In this document: positions 40,771-50,567 of the stretch, one piece after another
Layout: each line of letters opens with the position of its first letter
Numbering within the stretch: the first letter of the stretch is position 1
Assembly (NCBI GenBank): GCA_003056085.1
Contig: LSNK01000004.1
Location: 28,326-92,325 of the forward strand
Source: Parcubacteria group bacterium M6-OD1-1
GTDB lineage: Bacteria; Patescibacteriota; Minisyncoccia; GWC2-36-17; M10-OD1-4
DNA length: 64,000 nt
Direction of reading: 5' to 3'
Program-made: the position numbers and the translations under genes
Notes under the pieces: generated by a model
Database searches by the model: none
Told to the model about the DNA's origin: nothing
The model's input: only the letters and a program-made list of their open reading frames with translations

Positions 40771-41202
40771 ATGTTTTTAGGAGAGTATAAGCATTCAATA
40801 GACGAAAAAAGCAGATTGGCTATTCCTTCAAAATTTAGGAGTTCCTTAAAAGGTGGTGTGGTTATAACAAAAGGTTTGGATAGTTGCCTTTTTTTACATC
40901 CGATGTCTGAATGGAAAAAATGGGCAGATGAACTTTCAAAACTTCCGGTTTCAAAGTCCGACTCAAGAGCCATCAAAAGGCATATGTTTGGCGAGGCTAT
41001 TGATGCGAAACTTGATAAGCAGGGAAGAGTTGTTTTGCCTGACCGTTTAAAAAAGTTTGCAAATATAAAAAACAATGCTGTTTTGCTTGGGCTTTACAAT
41101 AGGCTTGAGATTTGGGACGAGAAGACGTGGGAAAAATATAAACTAAAGACAGAGAAACAAAGCACGGAAATAGCGGAAAGGATGAGTGACTTGGGAATAT
41201 GA
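40771..41202 (+). CDS. mraZ: transcriptional regulator MraZ
   Basis: MFLGEYKHSIDEKSRLAIPSKFR and a duplicated SpoVT/AbrB-like fold. First gene of the dcw cluster. Confidence 0.85.
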   Translation: MFLGEYKHSIDEKSRLAIPSKFRSSLKGGVVITKGLDSCLFLHPMSEWKKWADELSKLPVSKSDSRAIKRHMFGEAIDAKLDKQGRVVLPDRLKKFANIKNNAVLLGLYNRLEIWDEKTWEKYKLKTEKQSTEIAERMSDLGI

Positions 41203-42083
41203 TTCATAAACCAGTACTTTTAAATGAAATATTGGAATTTTTTAATCCGAAACAGGGGGATATTTTTATAGACGGCACTGCAAACGGAGGCGGACATACT
41301 CTTGCTTTATGGGATAGGGTAAAGCCAACAGGGAAAGTTTTAGCTATAGATAAAGATAAGGATATAGTCAAGAAACTAAAAGAAAAGGTAAAAGAGGATA
41401 ATAAAAATATTCAGATTGTGTCTGACAGTTATGCAAATTTAAAAAATATCGTAGATCAAAAAGAGTTCGGAAAAGTTTCTGGAATCTTGTTGGATTTAGG
41501 ATATTCAAGTTATCACATAGATGTTTCGGGGCGCGGTTTCTCGTTTCAAAAAGATGAACCCTTGATAATGAGATACGAACCGGACATTGAGATTGGAAAA
41601 GATTTGACGGCGTATGAAGTTATTAATAGTTTTTCTGAAAATGATATCGCAGATATTATTTACAAATACGGAGAGGAGAGAGCTTCCAGGAAAATAGCAA
41701 AAAGAATAGTTTTAAAAAGAAAACAAAAAAATATAGAAACTTCAGGTGAGTTGGCGGAAATAATAGAGGAAGTATTTTTTAAAAAACATTTTAAGATACA
41801 TCCGGCCACCAAGTCTTTTCAAGCTTTAAGAATATTTGTAAATGATGAATTGGGAAACTTGGAAAGGGCGCTTCCTCAGATGCATGAAATCTTAAAGACG
41901 GGAGGCAAGGTTGCTATTATATCTTTTCATTCGTTGGAGGACAGAATAGTTAAGAATTTTTTTAGGGATAATAAAGATAAATTTAAGATAATTACAAAAA
42001 AACCTGTTGTTGCCGACAAAGAAGAAACAAAAGAAAATCCAAGGGCAAGGTCAGCTAAATTAAGAGTAGCGGAAAAAATATGA
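41199..42083 (+). CDS. rsmH: 16S rRNA (cytosine1402-N4)-methyltransferase
   Basis: HKPVLLNE N-terminus and SAM-MTase motifs (DGTANGGGH, DLGYSS). Confidence 0.9.
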   Translation: MIHKPVLLNEILEFFNPKQGDIFIDGTANGGGHTLALWDRVKPTGKVLAIDKDKDIVKKLKEKVKEDNKNIQIVSDSYANLKNIVDQKEFGKVSGILLDLGYSSYHIDVSGRGFSFQKDEPLIMRYEPDIEIGKDLTAYEVINSFSENDIADIIYKYGEERASRKIAKRIVLKRKQKNIETSGELAEIIEEVFFKKHFKIHPATKSFQALRIFVNDELGNLERALPQMHEILKTGGKVAIISFHSLEDRIVKNFFRDNKDKFKIITKKPVVADKEETKENPRARSAKLRVAEKI

Positions 42084-42397
42084 AAATAAACAGAAAAATA
42101 AAAACAAAAGATAGGGTGGGGTTGGCGGTATTTGCATTATCCTTTTTTTCTATTTTCCTGTTCTTTTTCGCTATATTTCAAGTTATTGATACAAATGATA
42201 TGAGATATGAAAAAATATCTAAAATAAATTTTATAAAAAATATCAAAATAGAGAACGAAAAATTAGAAATTCAATTAGCGAAATTAAAAAACTCTCAAAA
42301 TTTAAAAGAATCTGCTGCAAATCTTAATATGGTGAGTGTTTTGGGTGTGAGTTATGTCGGTGTTTCAGGAGGAGATGTTGCATTTAATGGGCGATAG
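42080..42397 (+). CDS. ftsL: FtsL-like cell division membrane protein
   Basis: Small single-TM protein between rsmH and ftsI. Assignment is by position. Confidence 0.45.
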   Translation: MKINRKIKTKDRVGLAVFALSFFSIFLFFFAIFQVIDTNDMRYEKISKINFIKNIKIENEKLEIQLAKLKNSQNLKESAANLNMVSVLGVSYVGVSGGDVAFNGR

Positions 42398-42452
42398 TAA
42401 TTATTAGACCTATTCGGAAAGAGATTATTTACGAAAAAGTCTTATTATCTTT

Positions 42453-44180
42453 ATGTCTTTTTTGAGAGGTATAATAAAAAGCAGAGGAACTGATTTAAGA
42501 ATAAGTATGCTATTTGTATTTATTCTTTTTTTGGCCTTTTCTATTATTGCGAGATTAGTTTTTTTGCAGATAATAAATTACGATGATTTTACCGCAGAAG
42601 CTGGAGGTCAGAGAGGATTTTCTTCTGTTGTCGGAGCGGAGCGCGGGAAAATATTTTTAACCGATAGATTTGGAACGACAATTCAGTTGGCAACCAACGG
42701 CAGTGAATACTCGGTTTATGCTGTTCCAAAAGACATTAAAGATAAAGAAGATTTTGCCAAGAAAATTTCAGAATTTTTAGAAGTTGATTATGATATTTTA
42801 TTGAAACGAGTTTCTAAAAAAGATGATCCGTATGAGCCTGTAAAATCTATTATAACTGAAGAGAAAAAAATAGAAGTTGAAAAATTAGGACTTCCCGGGA
42901 TAGGTTTTTTGGAAAAAAAAGGGAGAGTGTATCCCAACGGAACATTTGCTTCTCATATATCCGGTTTTTTAAGCAACAGGAGACAACAAGGAGTGGGACA
43001 ATACGGTATAGAAGAATTTTATAATAAGAATTTAACAGGGAAACCGGGCTTTATTTCCGGGGAAAAAGATTCTTTTGGATTGAACACTATAAATCAAGAT
43101 TCTCAGTCCTATTCTGCTATAAATGGAGATTATATATTTTTAACAATTGATCCGAATGTTCAGTTTAAAATTGAAGATGAACTTAAAAAAGCAGTTGAAA
43201 AATGGAAAGCGGAATCGGGGTCTGTGATTGTTATGGAGCCATCCTCGGGGAAAATTCTTGGAATGGCAAATTATCCGGATTTTAATCCAAATAAATATTC
43301 ATCGGTTGAAAATATTTCCATTTTCCCAAATAAGTCAGTATCAAGCCAGTATGAGCCGGGTTCCATATTTAAGCCAATAACAATGGCAATAGGGATAGAC
43401 ACCGGCGTTATAACTCCGGAAACCGAGTATGATGATACGGGTTATGTCTCAATTTCAGGGTATACCATAAGAAACTATGACGGAAAAGCATACGGAATAA
43501 AAACAATGACAGAGGTTTTAGTGAAATCTTTAAATACGGGAACTGTATTTGCGGTTAATAAAATTTCTAAAGAAGATTTTTCAAATTATGTTAAGAAGTT
43601 TGGTTTTGGAGAAAAAACAGGGATAGATTTGCCGTCTGAAGCAAGAGGAAATATAAGAAATTTAAATACAAAAAGAGATATAAATTTTGCCACCGCTTCT
43701 TTTGGTCAAGGAATAGCTGTTACGCCGATACAGATGATAACCGCAATCTCCGTCATTGCAAATAATGGCACGCTTTACAGGCCTTTTGTTGTTAATCAGA
43801 TACTTCGCGCAAACGGATCAAAAGAATATATTCAAAAAAAAGAAGTTAGGAGAGTTTTGTCGGAAAATACCGCAAAAAAAGTTCAGCAAATGCTTGTGTC
43901 TGTGGTGGAAGATGGGTTTGACAGGGCGAAGATTCCGGGATATTTTGTAGCGGGGAAAACAGGAACGGCGCAAATAGCAAAAAATGACGGAAGAGGGTAT
44001 TCTGAAGAAATGATACATTCTTTTATCGGTTTTGCCCCGGCGTATAATGCTAAATTTGCCGTTTTGGTAAAGTTGGAAAAACCGCAAGATGTTAAATATG
44101 CTTCCCAGTCTCTAACTCCTGTTTTTCGGGAAATTATGAGTTTTCTTTTAAATTATTATGAAGTAACACCGGATTATTAA
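42453..44180 (+). CDS. ftsI: penicillin-binding protein transpeptidase (FtsI/PBP2-like)
   Basis: SIFKP (SxxK), KSLN (SxN), and KTGT motifs. N-terminal TM anchor. Confidence 0.85.
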   Translation: MSFLRGIIKSRGTDLRISMLFVFILFLAFSIIARLVFLQIINYDDFTAEAGGQRGFSSVVGAERGKIFLTDRFGTTIQLATNGSEYSVYAVPKDIKDKEDFAKKISEFLEVDYDILLKRVSKKDDPYEPVKSIITEEKKIEVEKLGLPGIGFLEKKGRVYPNGTFASHISGFLSNRRQQGVGQYGIEEFYNKNLTGKPGFISGEKDSFGLNTINQDSQSYSAINGDYIFLTIDPNVQFKIEDELKKAVEKWKAESGSVIVMEPSSGKILGMANYPDFNPNKYSSVENISIFPNKSVSSQYEPGSIFKPITMAIGIDTGVITPETEYDDTGYVSISGYTIRNYDGKAYGIKTMTEVLVKSLNTGTVFAVNKISKEDFSNYVKKFGFGEKTGIDLPSEARGNIRNLNTKRDINFATASFGQGIAVTPIQMITAISVIANNGTLYRPFVVNQILRANGSKEYIQKKEVRRVLSENTAKKVQQMLVSVVEDGFDRAKIPGYFVAGKTGTAQIAKNDGRGYSEEMIHSFIGFAPAYNAKFAVLVKLEKPQDVKYASQSLTPVFREIMSFLLNYYEVTPDY

Positions 44181-44181
44181 G

Positions 44182-45441
44182 ATGAGAAAAATTTTACAAA
44201 TAATATTAAAAATATTGGCAAAAATAATGCTTTTAAGATACAAGCCGAAGGTTATTGCTATAACGGGAAATGTCGGCAAGACCAGTGCAAAAGATGCTGT
44301 TTATATTGTTTTAAAAGAAAGTTTTAAAGTTAGAAAGAGCGAAAAAAGTTTTAATAATGAAATAGGCGTTCCTCTTACCATTTTGGGCATAAAGCCCGCA
44401 GGAAAAAATATTTTAATATGGTGTTTAAATTTTTTAAAAATATTTTTAAGTTTTTTTTGGGTTTCTTATCCAAAAATATTAATTTTAGAATTTGGGGCTG
44501 ATAAACCGGGGGACATTGACTACCTTTTAAGTATTGCAAAGCCTGACATTGCTGTTGTCACCGCTATTGGAGAAGTGCCGGCCCATGTTGAAAATTTTAT
44601 AAGTCCGGCTGAGGTTATAAGAGAAAAAACGAAACTTGTCAGAGCGGTTTCAAAAGACGGTATGGTTATTCTAAACACAGATTATGAGCCTGTTATAACT
44701 ATGAGGTCAAAAACAAAGGCAAAAGTTATAACTTACGGTTTCTCAGAAAATGCTGACTTAAGAGTGTATCGTCCGGATTTTGGAGAGCAAAACACATCAG
44801 AAACAAAAACTTCTTTAGGAGCTTCTTTTAAAGTGGAATATGAAGGAAGTATCGTTCCTGTAAGGTTAAATGCCTACGGGACGCCAAATGTTTATGCTGC
44901 ATCAGCTGCTTGCGCTATTGGTGTTGTTTTTGGTTTAAATTTAGTTGATATATCGGAGTCTTTGCTTAAATACAAAGCACCTCAAGGGAGACTGAATATT
45001 TTAAATGGAATTAAAAGTTCGGTTATTTTAGACGATAGTTATAATGCTTCTCCGTCTTCAATGAAAGAAGGACTTAAAACTTTGGCAAATATAAAAGGAG
45101 GAAGGAAAGTGGCGGTTTTGGGAAGTATGCTTGAGATTGGAAAATACACAGAAGAAACACACAGAGAAATGGGAAAATTTGCTTCTTCTTTTTGTGATAT
45201 TATTATTACAGTCGGGGATCAAGCAAGATTTATAACAGATGAGGCTTTAAAACATAGTTTTAAAAAAGATAAAAATCTTTTCGTTTTTGACACTTCAAAT
45301 GATTTGGCTAAAAAAATTAAAGACTTAATTGAAGGGGATGATATTATTTTATTTAAAGGATCAAGAGGTATTAAGCTTGAAGTTGCTATAAAAGAAATTT
45401 TGGCAGAACCGGAAAATGCAAAAAAATTACTCGTTTCTTGA
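44182..45441 (+). CDS. murF: Mur ligase, UDP-MurNAc-pentapeptide synthetase-like
   Basis: P-loop ITGNVGKTS. DDSYNASP is MurF-type rather than the MurE DNPR motif. Confidence 0.65.
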   Translation: MRKILQIILKILAKIMLLRYKPKVIAITGNVGKTSAKDAVYIVLKESFKVRKSEKSFNNEIGVPLTILGIKPAGKNILIWCLNFLKIFLSFFWVSYPKILILEFGADKPGDIDYLLSIAKPDIAVVTAIGEVPAHVENFISPAEVIREKTKLVRAVSKDGMVILNTDYEPVITMRSKTKAKVITYGFSENADLRVYRPDFGEQNTSETKTSLGASFKVEYEGSIVPVRLNAYGTPNVYAASAACAIGVVFGLNLVDISESLLKYKAPQGRLNILNGIKSSVILDDSYNASPSSMKEGLKTLANIKGGRKVAVLGSMLEIGKYTEETHREMGKFASSFCDIIITVGDQARFITDEALKHSFKKDKNLFVFDTSNDLAKKIKDLIEGDDIILFKGSRGIKLEVAIKEILAEPENAKKLLVS

Positions 45442-45531
45442 TTTTTAATATTAAATAATGTAGTATTTTTTTATTATACAAGATTAAAATTCTTGTTTGT
45501 TGACGGACAGCGACAATCCAAAAACTAACAC

Positions 45532-45603
45532 GGCCCCTTCGTCTAGTGGTTAGGACACATCCCTCTCACGGATGAAACAGGGGTTCAATTCCCCTAGGGG
45601 CTA
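45532..45603 (+). tRNA. tRNA-Glu (anticodon CUC)
   Basis: Hand-folded cloverleaf. Acceptor GGCCCCT/AGGGGCT, anticodon stem CATCC/GGATG with loop CTCTCAC (U33, CUC, A37), T-arm AGGGG-TTCAATT-CCCCT. No encoded CCA. Confidence 0.7.
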
Positions 45604-45610
45604 CTATCAA

Positions 45611-45658
45611 AACACCAAAAGCTCCGAAATTAATTTCGGAGCTTTTGGTGTTTTTTTT
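45611..45658 (+). terminator. 19-bp perfect stem terminator after tRNA
   Basis: AACACCAAAAGCTCCGAAA-TAA-TTTCGGAGCTTTTGGTGTT followed by T8. Confidence 0.7.
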
Positions 45659-45687
45659 GGTATATATTTACTGCACGATACTAATTT

Positions 45688-45747
45688 AAAACAACCCAAT
45701 GACAACTTTGGGGACGGTCGTCCCCAAAGTTGTCATTGGGTTGTTTT
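45688..45747. repeat. 27-bp perfect inverted repeat hairpin
   Basis: AAAACAACCCAATGACAACTTTGGGGA-CGGTCG-TCCCCAAAGTTGTCATTGGGTTGTTTT. Confidence 0.6.
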
Positions 45748-45858
45748 GTGTTTAATTTTTTAAATTTTGTATTCTTTTCTAATATTTAGCATTTTGTAAA
45801 TTAAGAAGAAAAATGAGCATTTTACAGTTTATTTAAAATATACTAATATATAATAGAT

Positions 45859-47004
45859 ATGATAAAAATAATTCACACAGGAGATTTGCATCTTGGGGCT
45901 AAGTTCAGCTCTTTTGGCAAGAAGTCCGGCAGTCAAAGGCGGGCTCTTTTGGATTCTTTTAAAAAAGTGATTGATGAAGCCATTTTAAAAAATGCTCATT
46001 TGGTTTTGATAGCGGGAGATCTTTTTGATTCTAATTTTCCTGCCTATGAAACTGTCAATTTGGTAAAAAGTGAACTGAAAAAATTAGACGAAGCAAAAAT
46101 ATTTACTGCAATTTTGCCGGGGACGCACGACTGCCTTTCTGTTGATTCAATCTACAAAAGAGAGAACTTTGCAGAAGGTCTTTCTCATATTTATATTTTT
46201 GATAATGAAAATATAACATCTAAGTTTTACCCTGAGCTTGATCTTGTTTTGTATGCTCAGGCAAATACTGCCAATAAATCTTTAAAAAGTCCTTTGGATT
46301 TTCTAAAGTCCTCTGATGAGGAGCACAAAAACGCAAAATACAAAATCGCCATGGCACATGGGTCTGTTCAGATAGAGGGTAAGTCCGCAAAAGATGATTG
46401 GCCTATAACTTTAGGGGAAATATCAAAGTCTGATATGCAGTACATTGCGTTGGGTCATTGGCATGGAGCTCAGGATTTTTCTTTTGGTTCAACAAAAGCT
46501 TGGTATTGCGGTTCCCCGGAGATTACCTACAAAGAAGGGAAAGGCGGACTGGGGCAAGGATATGCCATTGAAGTTGATATAACGGACAATGTGGAAGTTA
46601 AGCCTTTTTTGATTACTGATAAAAAAATTGAAGAGCTCAGTTTAGACATTGGTATGTTTTCTGATATTGGAGCAGTTTATAAAGAAATAGAAAACAAGGC
46701 CGGGGAAAATATTATTTTAATTTTAAATATTTCAGGAATTGCGAATCCGGATATGTTTTTGGATAAAGAAAAACTTAAAGAGGATCTTTCAGATAAATTT
46801 TTCAGCGTTACAATAAAAGATAATTCTTCACCCGGAGTGGACAATATTTTAGAAAGAGAGTATCCGGAAGATATGGTTTTGGGGCAGTTTATAAGACTGA
46901 TGCGGGACAAGATAAATTCAGCCCAAAATGAAGACGAAAAAAGGATTACAGAAGAAGCTTTGCAAATAGGAGTAGCTGAGCTGGAAGGAAAAGAAGTAAT
47001 TTAA
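45859..47004 (+). CDS. SbcD/Mre11-family metallophosphoesterase nuclease
   Basis: Calcineurin-like motifs I-V: GDLHLG, GDLFD, GTHD, AHGS, GHWHG. Confidence 0.75.
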   Translation: MIKIIHTGDLHLGAKFSSFGKKSGSQRRALLDSFKKVIDEAILKNAHLVLIAGDLFDSNFPAYETVNLVKSELKKLDEAKIFTAILPGTHDCLSVDSIYKRENFAEGLSHIYIFDNENITSKFYPELDLVLYAQANTANKSLKSPLDFLKSSDEEHKNAKYKIAMAHGSVQIEGKSAKDDWPITLGEISKSDMQYIALGHWHGAQDFSFGSTKAWYCGSPEITYKEGKGGLGQGYAIEVDITDNVEVKPFLITDKKIEELSLDIGMFSDIGAVYKEIENKAGENIILILNISGIANPDMFLDKEKLKEDLSDKFFSVTIKDNSSPGVDNILEREYPEDMVLGQFIRLMRDKINSAQNEDEKRITEEALQIGVAELEGKEVI

Positions 47005-47176
47005 TAAGTATAAAGTAAAAAGTTTAAAGTAAACGACAATGAATAATACGCAATATAAAAAATGGAAAAGGTTTTAATTTAGAGGTGATAGAATGAATTA
47101 TTTAATTTAAAATTTATTTTTTAATATTATATATTTCAATTTTTAACTTTTTACTTTCGACTTTTAACCTACCAAT

Positions 47177-49255
47177 ATGTATTTAAAATCAATAACAGTT
47201 AAAAACTTTAGAAAATTCAAAGATTTTTCAATTAATTTTCCTTCGGATATTACGGTTATTAAAGGACCGAATGAAAAAGGAAAATCAACCATACTTTCTG
47301 CCATTTTAGCAGGATTTTTCTATGATCCAAAAAAATCAAACAGAGAGATAGATGCTTTAAAATCGTGGCATTCAGACCAATTATATGAAATGAGGCTTGA
47401 GATTGAAAATGACGGCAATGAGATTGTTCTTGAGAAAAATTTCAATGAAAAAGAGATGCTTCTTGAAAATAAAACAACAGGCGAGAAGATAAAAAATTTC
47501 AAAGATATATCCGATTATTTATACAAAATAGGTTCGTTAAGGTCTCTTTCCTTATTTGAGAATACGGCTTGTGTTAAACATGACGCTCTTTCTTTGATAA
47601 CTCAAGGAAAACGGGAGATATCCCAGGCTTTGCAAAGCCTACTTACTTCGTCTTCTGAAAATGTTAGTCCTGATAAAATTATAAAAAAAATTAATGATCT
47701 TTTAACGGAAATACAAAAAGGTTTAAAACAGCCATCAAAAACTCCCGGAGTTTTAAAGGAGATAGAAAGCAATATACTTGAGCTTGAAGACAAAAAGTCA
47801 AAACTTAAAGCTGAGTTGGATGATGTTTCAAAAAAATCAGATTATTTAGGTTCTATTCAAACAGAATACAACAATCTCAAAGAAAAGTTTGATATTAAAT
47901 TTCGCCAGTATGAAATGAATAAGAAATATTTTCAAACAATAAAAGAGCTGGAAAGTTTAAGCTCTCAATTTAAAAAAATAGAAAGTGATATTGAAGTTCT
48001 TGAAGAATTGGAAAAAAATAAAGAATATATTTTATTTCAGCTCAAAAAAATGAGCTTTCTTGAAGGATTTGACATAAGAGAGTTTTACAAAAAGGTAAAT
48101 AATCTTAAAGACAAAGAAGCAAAACTTCAATACTTAAAAAAATATTATAAAAATACAAAAGAAACAGAATCAAAAAAGGGTAAAAACAGCTTTTTTCTCA
48201 TGGGTCTTTTTGTGGCGTTTTTTATCGTCGGGTTTTTAGGATTTTTAGAACCTTGGCTATTCTCATCTTTTGCTATTTCAATTTTATTTTTTATTTTAAA
48301 TTTTGTTTTCAAGAAAAAAAGCTCAGAAAGCAAAAAAATAAAAACAGTTAAAGACATAAAAATTTTAGAAAAAGAAATTGATTTTTTAAGTGATGAAATA
48401 AATTTAATATTTGAAAAAAGCCATATAAAAAATGACAAAGAACTCATTGATAAAATAAAAGAATATAATGAATTTTGCAAAGAGTTGGAAAAAACAGAAA
48501 GTAAGGAAGAGGGGATACTGAGAGGATTTAGCTTTTCTGATGTTAAAAAAGAAAAAAGCAGTATTTTGAAAAATATAGGAATTTTAGAAGAAAAAATTTC
48601 GGAGGAGCAAAAGGTAAATGTTCCAACTCCGCAAGAACAGCGTCTCTTGGAGGTTGATTTGGAAAAATATGACAAAAAATTGGATGATTTAAAAAAAGAA
48701 ATACTGCAGGTTTCTGCTGTGTCAAATCAATATGCTATAGATAAAGAGAATATAATAAAGTTGGAGGAGGACTTGGAGTTTGAAAAAGAAAAGAAATTGA
48801 ACTTTGAGAAAAAAGTTAAAGTTTTAGAGTCTTTAGCTGAGAATTTAAAAGAAGCTCAGTCAAGAATACTGTCAAAGTCCAAGTCTCATATTGAAGATTA
48901 TATGAAAAAATATCTTATAACCATAACAGATGGAAGGTATGATAATATGAAGGTGAACGATGATCTTTCTTTTAATGTTTGGTCTGAAGAAAAAAAAGAT
49001 ATGGTTGTTCCGGAAGACCATCTTTCGCAGGGAACAGTAGACCAATTTTATCTTGTAGCGAGGTTTGCTATTTTGGACGTTTTAAATAAGGGAAATAAAT
49101 CTTTGGTTTTACTTGATGATCCTTTTCACTCTTTTGATTCAAAAAGACGAGAAAAAACCAAGCAAGTTTTAAATGACTTAACAGATAGATTTCAAATAGT
49201 GCTTTTTTCTCACTCCTCTGATTATGATGATTGGGGAGAAGTGGTTGAGATATAA
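47177..49255 (+). CDS. SbcC/Rad50-like ABC ATPase with central transmembrane hairpin
   Basis: N-terminal Walker A GPNEKGKST. Long coiled coils. Two hydrophobic TM helices at the coiled-coil apex (FFLMGLFVAFFIVGFLGFL, WLFSSFAISILFFILNFVF) in place of a CxxC zinc hook. Signature-like LSQGT, and Walker B/D-loop LVLLDDPFHSFD. Confidence 0.6.
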   Translation: MYLKSITVKNFRKFKDFSINFPSDITVIKGPNEKGKSTILSAILAGFFYDPKKSNREIDALKSWHSDQLYEMRLEIENDGNEIVLEKNFNEKEMLLENKTTGEKIKNFKDISDYLYKIGSLRSLSLFENTACVKHDALSLITQGKREISQALQSLLTSSSENVSPDKIIKKINDLLTEIQKGLKQPSKTPGVLKEIESNILELEDKKSKLKAELDDVSKKSDYLGSIQTEYNNLKEKFDIKFRQYEMNKKYFQTIKELESLSSQFKKIESDIEVLEELEKNKEYILFQLKKMSFLEGFDIREFYKKVNNLKDKEAKLQYLKKYYKNTKETESKKGKNSFFLMGLFVAFFIVGFLGFLEPWLFSSFAISILFFILNFVFKKKSSESKKIKTVKDIKILEKEIDFLSDEINLIFEKSHIKNDKELIDKIKEYNEFCKELEKTESKEEGILRGFSFSDVKKEKSSILKNIGILEEKISEEQKVNVPTPQEQRLLEVDLEKYDKKLDDLKKEILQVSAVSNQYAIDKENIIKLEEDLEFEKEKKLNFEKKVKVLESLAENLKEAQSRILSKSKSHIEDYMKKYLITITDGRYDNMKVNDDLSFNVWSEEKKDMVVPEDHLSQGTVDQFYLVARFAILDVLNKGNKSLVLLDDPFHSFDSKRREKTKQVLNDLTDRFQIVLFSHSSDYDDWGEVVEI

Positions 49256-49381
49256 TAGAATTTTCAAAACTGAGTGCAGTTTAAGATGAAAGCGAGAGAC
49301 GAAAGAAGCTGTACTAAAAAATATAGTGAATTGAGACTCGCAGTTTTCAACGAAAAAATGCACCAGTTTTGAAAATTCTAT
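49255..49381. repeat. 18-bp perfect terminal inverted repeats flanking ~91 bp
   Basis: AATAGAATTTTCAAAACTG at 49255-49272 and CAGTTTTGAAAATTCTAT at 49364-49381. Confidence 0.4.
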
Positions 49382-49405
49382 AATCGTTTTTAATTATCAA
49401 AATAA

Positions 49406-49780
49406 ATGAAAGTGGTTTTATTTTTTAAAAATATAATAGAGAGTATAAAAAAATCACTTTTTTTAAGAGATCCGTTTGTTTGGGGGATGATTTTTTTGAG
49501 TATCTTGTTTTTTGCGGCATTTTTATATTATACAAAATTGAAATTAAACGATTTTAAAAATGTGGCGGATGCATCTTTAACGGGTATTGGGTATGAATTT
49601 ATTTCAGACGGGGGCAGTTTATATCAAATTCCTATTTTTGTAGCTATTTTCTCAATTTTAAATATTATAGGGTCAAAAATTGTTTATAATTATGATGTCT
49701 TGGCGTCCTATGTTTTGATTGTTTCCGTTCCCATTTTAAATGCTTTGTATTTTTTCGGAGCTTTTGTATTTTTGTCCTAA
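49406..49780 (+). CDS. membrane protein, hypothetical
   Basis: 3-4 TM helices. Confidence 0.4.
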   Translation: MKVVLFFKNIIESIKKSLFLRDPFVWGMIFLSILFFAAFLYYTKLKLNDFKNVADASLTGIGYEFISDGGSLYQIPIFVAIFSILNIIGSKIVYNYDVLASYVLIVSVPILNALYFFGAFVFLS

Positions 49781-49799
49781 ATTTTAATATTTGTATTGA

Positions 49800-50036
49800 C
49801 TTTTGCAAGAAAATACCTTAGTATAAGGATTAATTAAATATATAAACCGTAGACAAGGGGCTGTTCTCAGTGAGAGCATTAAGACCTCTCGAGGTGGAAT
49901 AAAGCTATTTTTAGCTTTTTATTTCCCATTTGAGTCTGCGATCTTAAAAAGGTCGTTTTTTATTTATTTTTTGAAATTTTTAGTTTATGGGAGTCTTAGT
50001 TTTTTCTAAGGATCTAATAAATTAAAAATTAAAAGT
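49800..50036 (+). promoter_or_regulatory. rplJ 5' leader (probable L10/L12 autoregulatory region)
   Basis: About 230 nt non-coding upstream of rplJ with hairpin potential. Assignment is by position. Confidence 0.35.
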
Positions 50037-50567
50037 ATGGCTTTAACCAGAAAACAAAAAGAAGAAATTTTAGCTTCAGTAAAAAAGAAGTTAAAAGATC
50101 AAAAGTCTGTAATTTTCACAGATTTTACAGGTCTTTCTGTTTCTAATTCAAGCAGCTTAAAAAGAAAGCTGAAAGAAACAGATACAGAATATAAGGTTGT
50201 CAAAAAAAATATTTTGGCAAGAGTCATAGAAGATTCCGACATAAAAGGAATTGACGTTAAAGACTTTGAAGGTTCTATGGGTGTTGCTTTCTCTTATGGT
50301 GATGAAGCCGCTCCTGCAAAAATTATTTATGACTTTTCTCAACAAAAAGATGTCGGAGAATTTAAAATTTTAGGAGGTATTTTAAGCGGCAAAGCGATAT
50401 CTGCCGATGAAGTTACAGCCTTAGCTAAACTTCCTTCAAAAGATCAGCTTTATGCAAACTTATTTGCACAAATAAATGCTCCTGTTTCCGGTTTTGTAAA
50501 TGTGCTTGCGGGCAATATTAAGAATTTAGTTTACGTGTTAGACGCAATAAAAGAATCCAAAGCATAA
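50037..50567 (+). CDS. rplJ: 50S ribosomal protein L10
   Basis: MALTRKQKEEILASVKKKL N-terminus. Followed by rplL. Confidence 0.85.
   Translation: MALTRKQKEEILASVKKKLKDQKSVIFTDFTGLSVSNSSSLKRKLKETDTEYKVVKKNILARVIEDSDIKGIDVKDFEGSMGVAFSYGDEAAPAKIIYDFSQQKDVGEFKILGGILSGKAISADEVTALAKLPSKDQLYANLFAQINAPVSGFVNVLAGNIKNLVYVLDAIKESKA

Noticed and set aside
40524-40790. 88-aa ORF (MGKSGKYICLCLK...) upstream of mraZ
   Set aside because: Cys/Leu-rich nonsense translation with no SD. It overlaps the mraZ start in another frame. The region is better explained as a structured non-coding leader.
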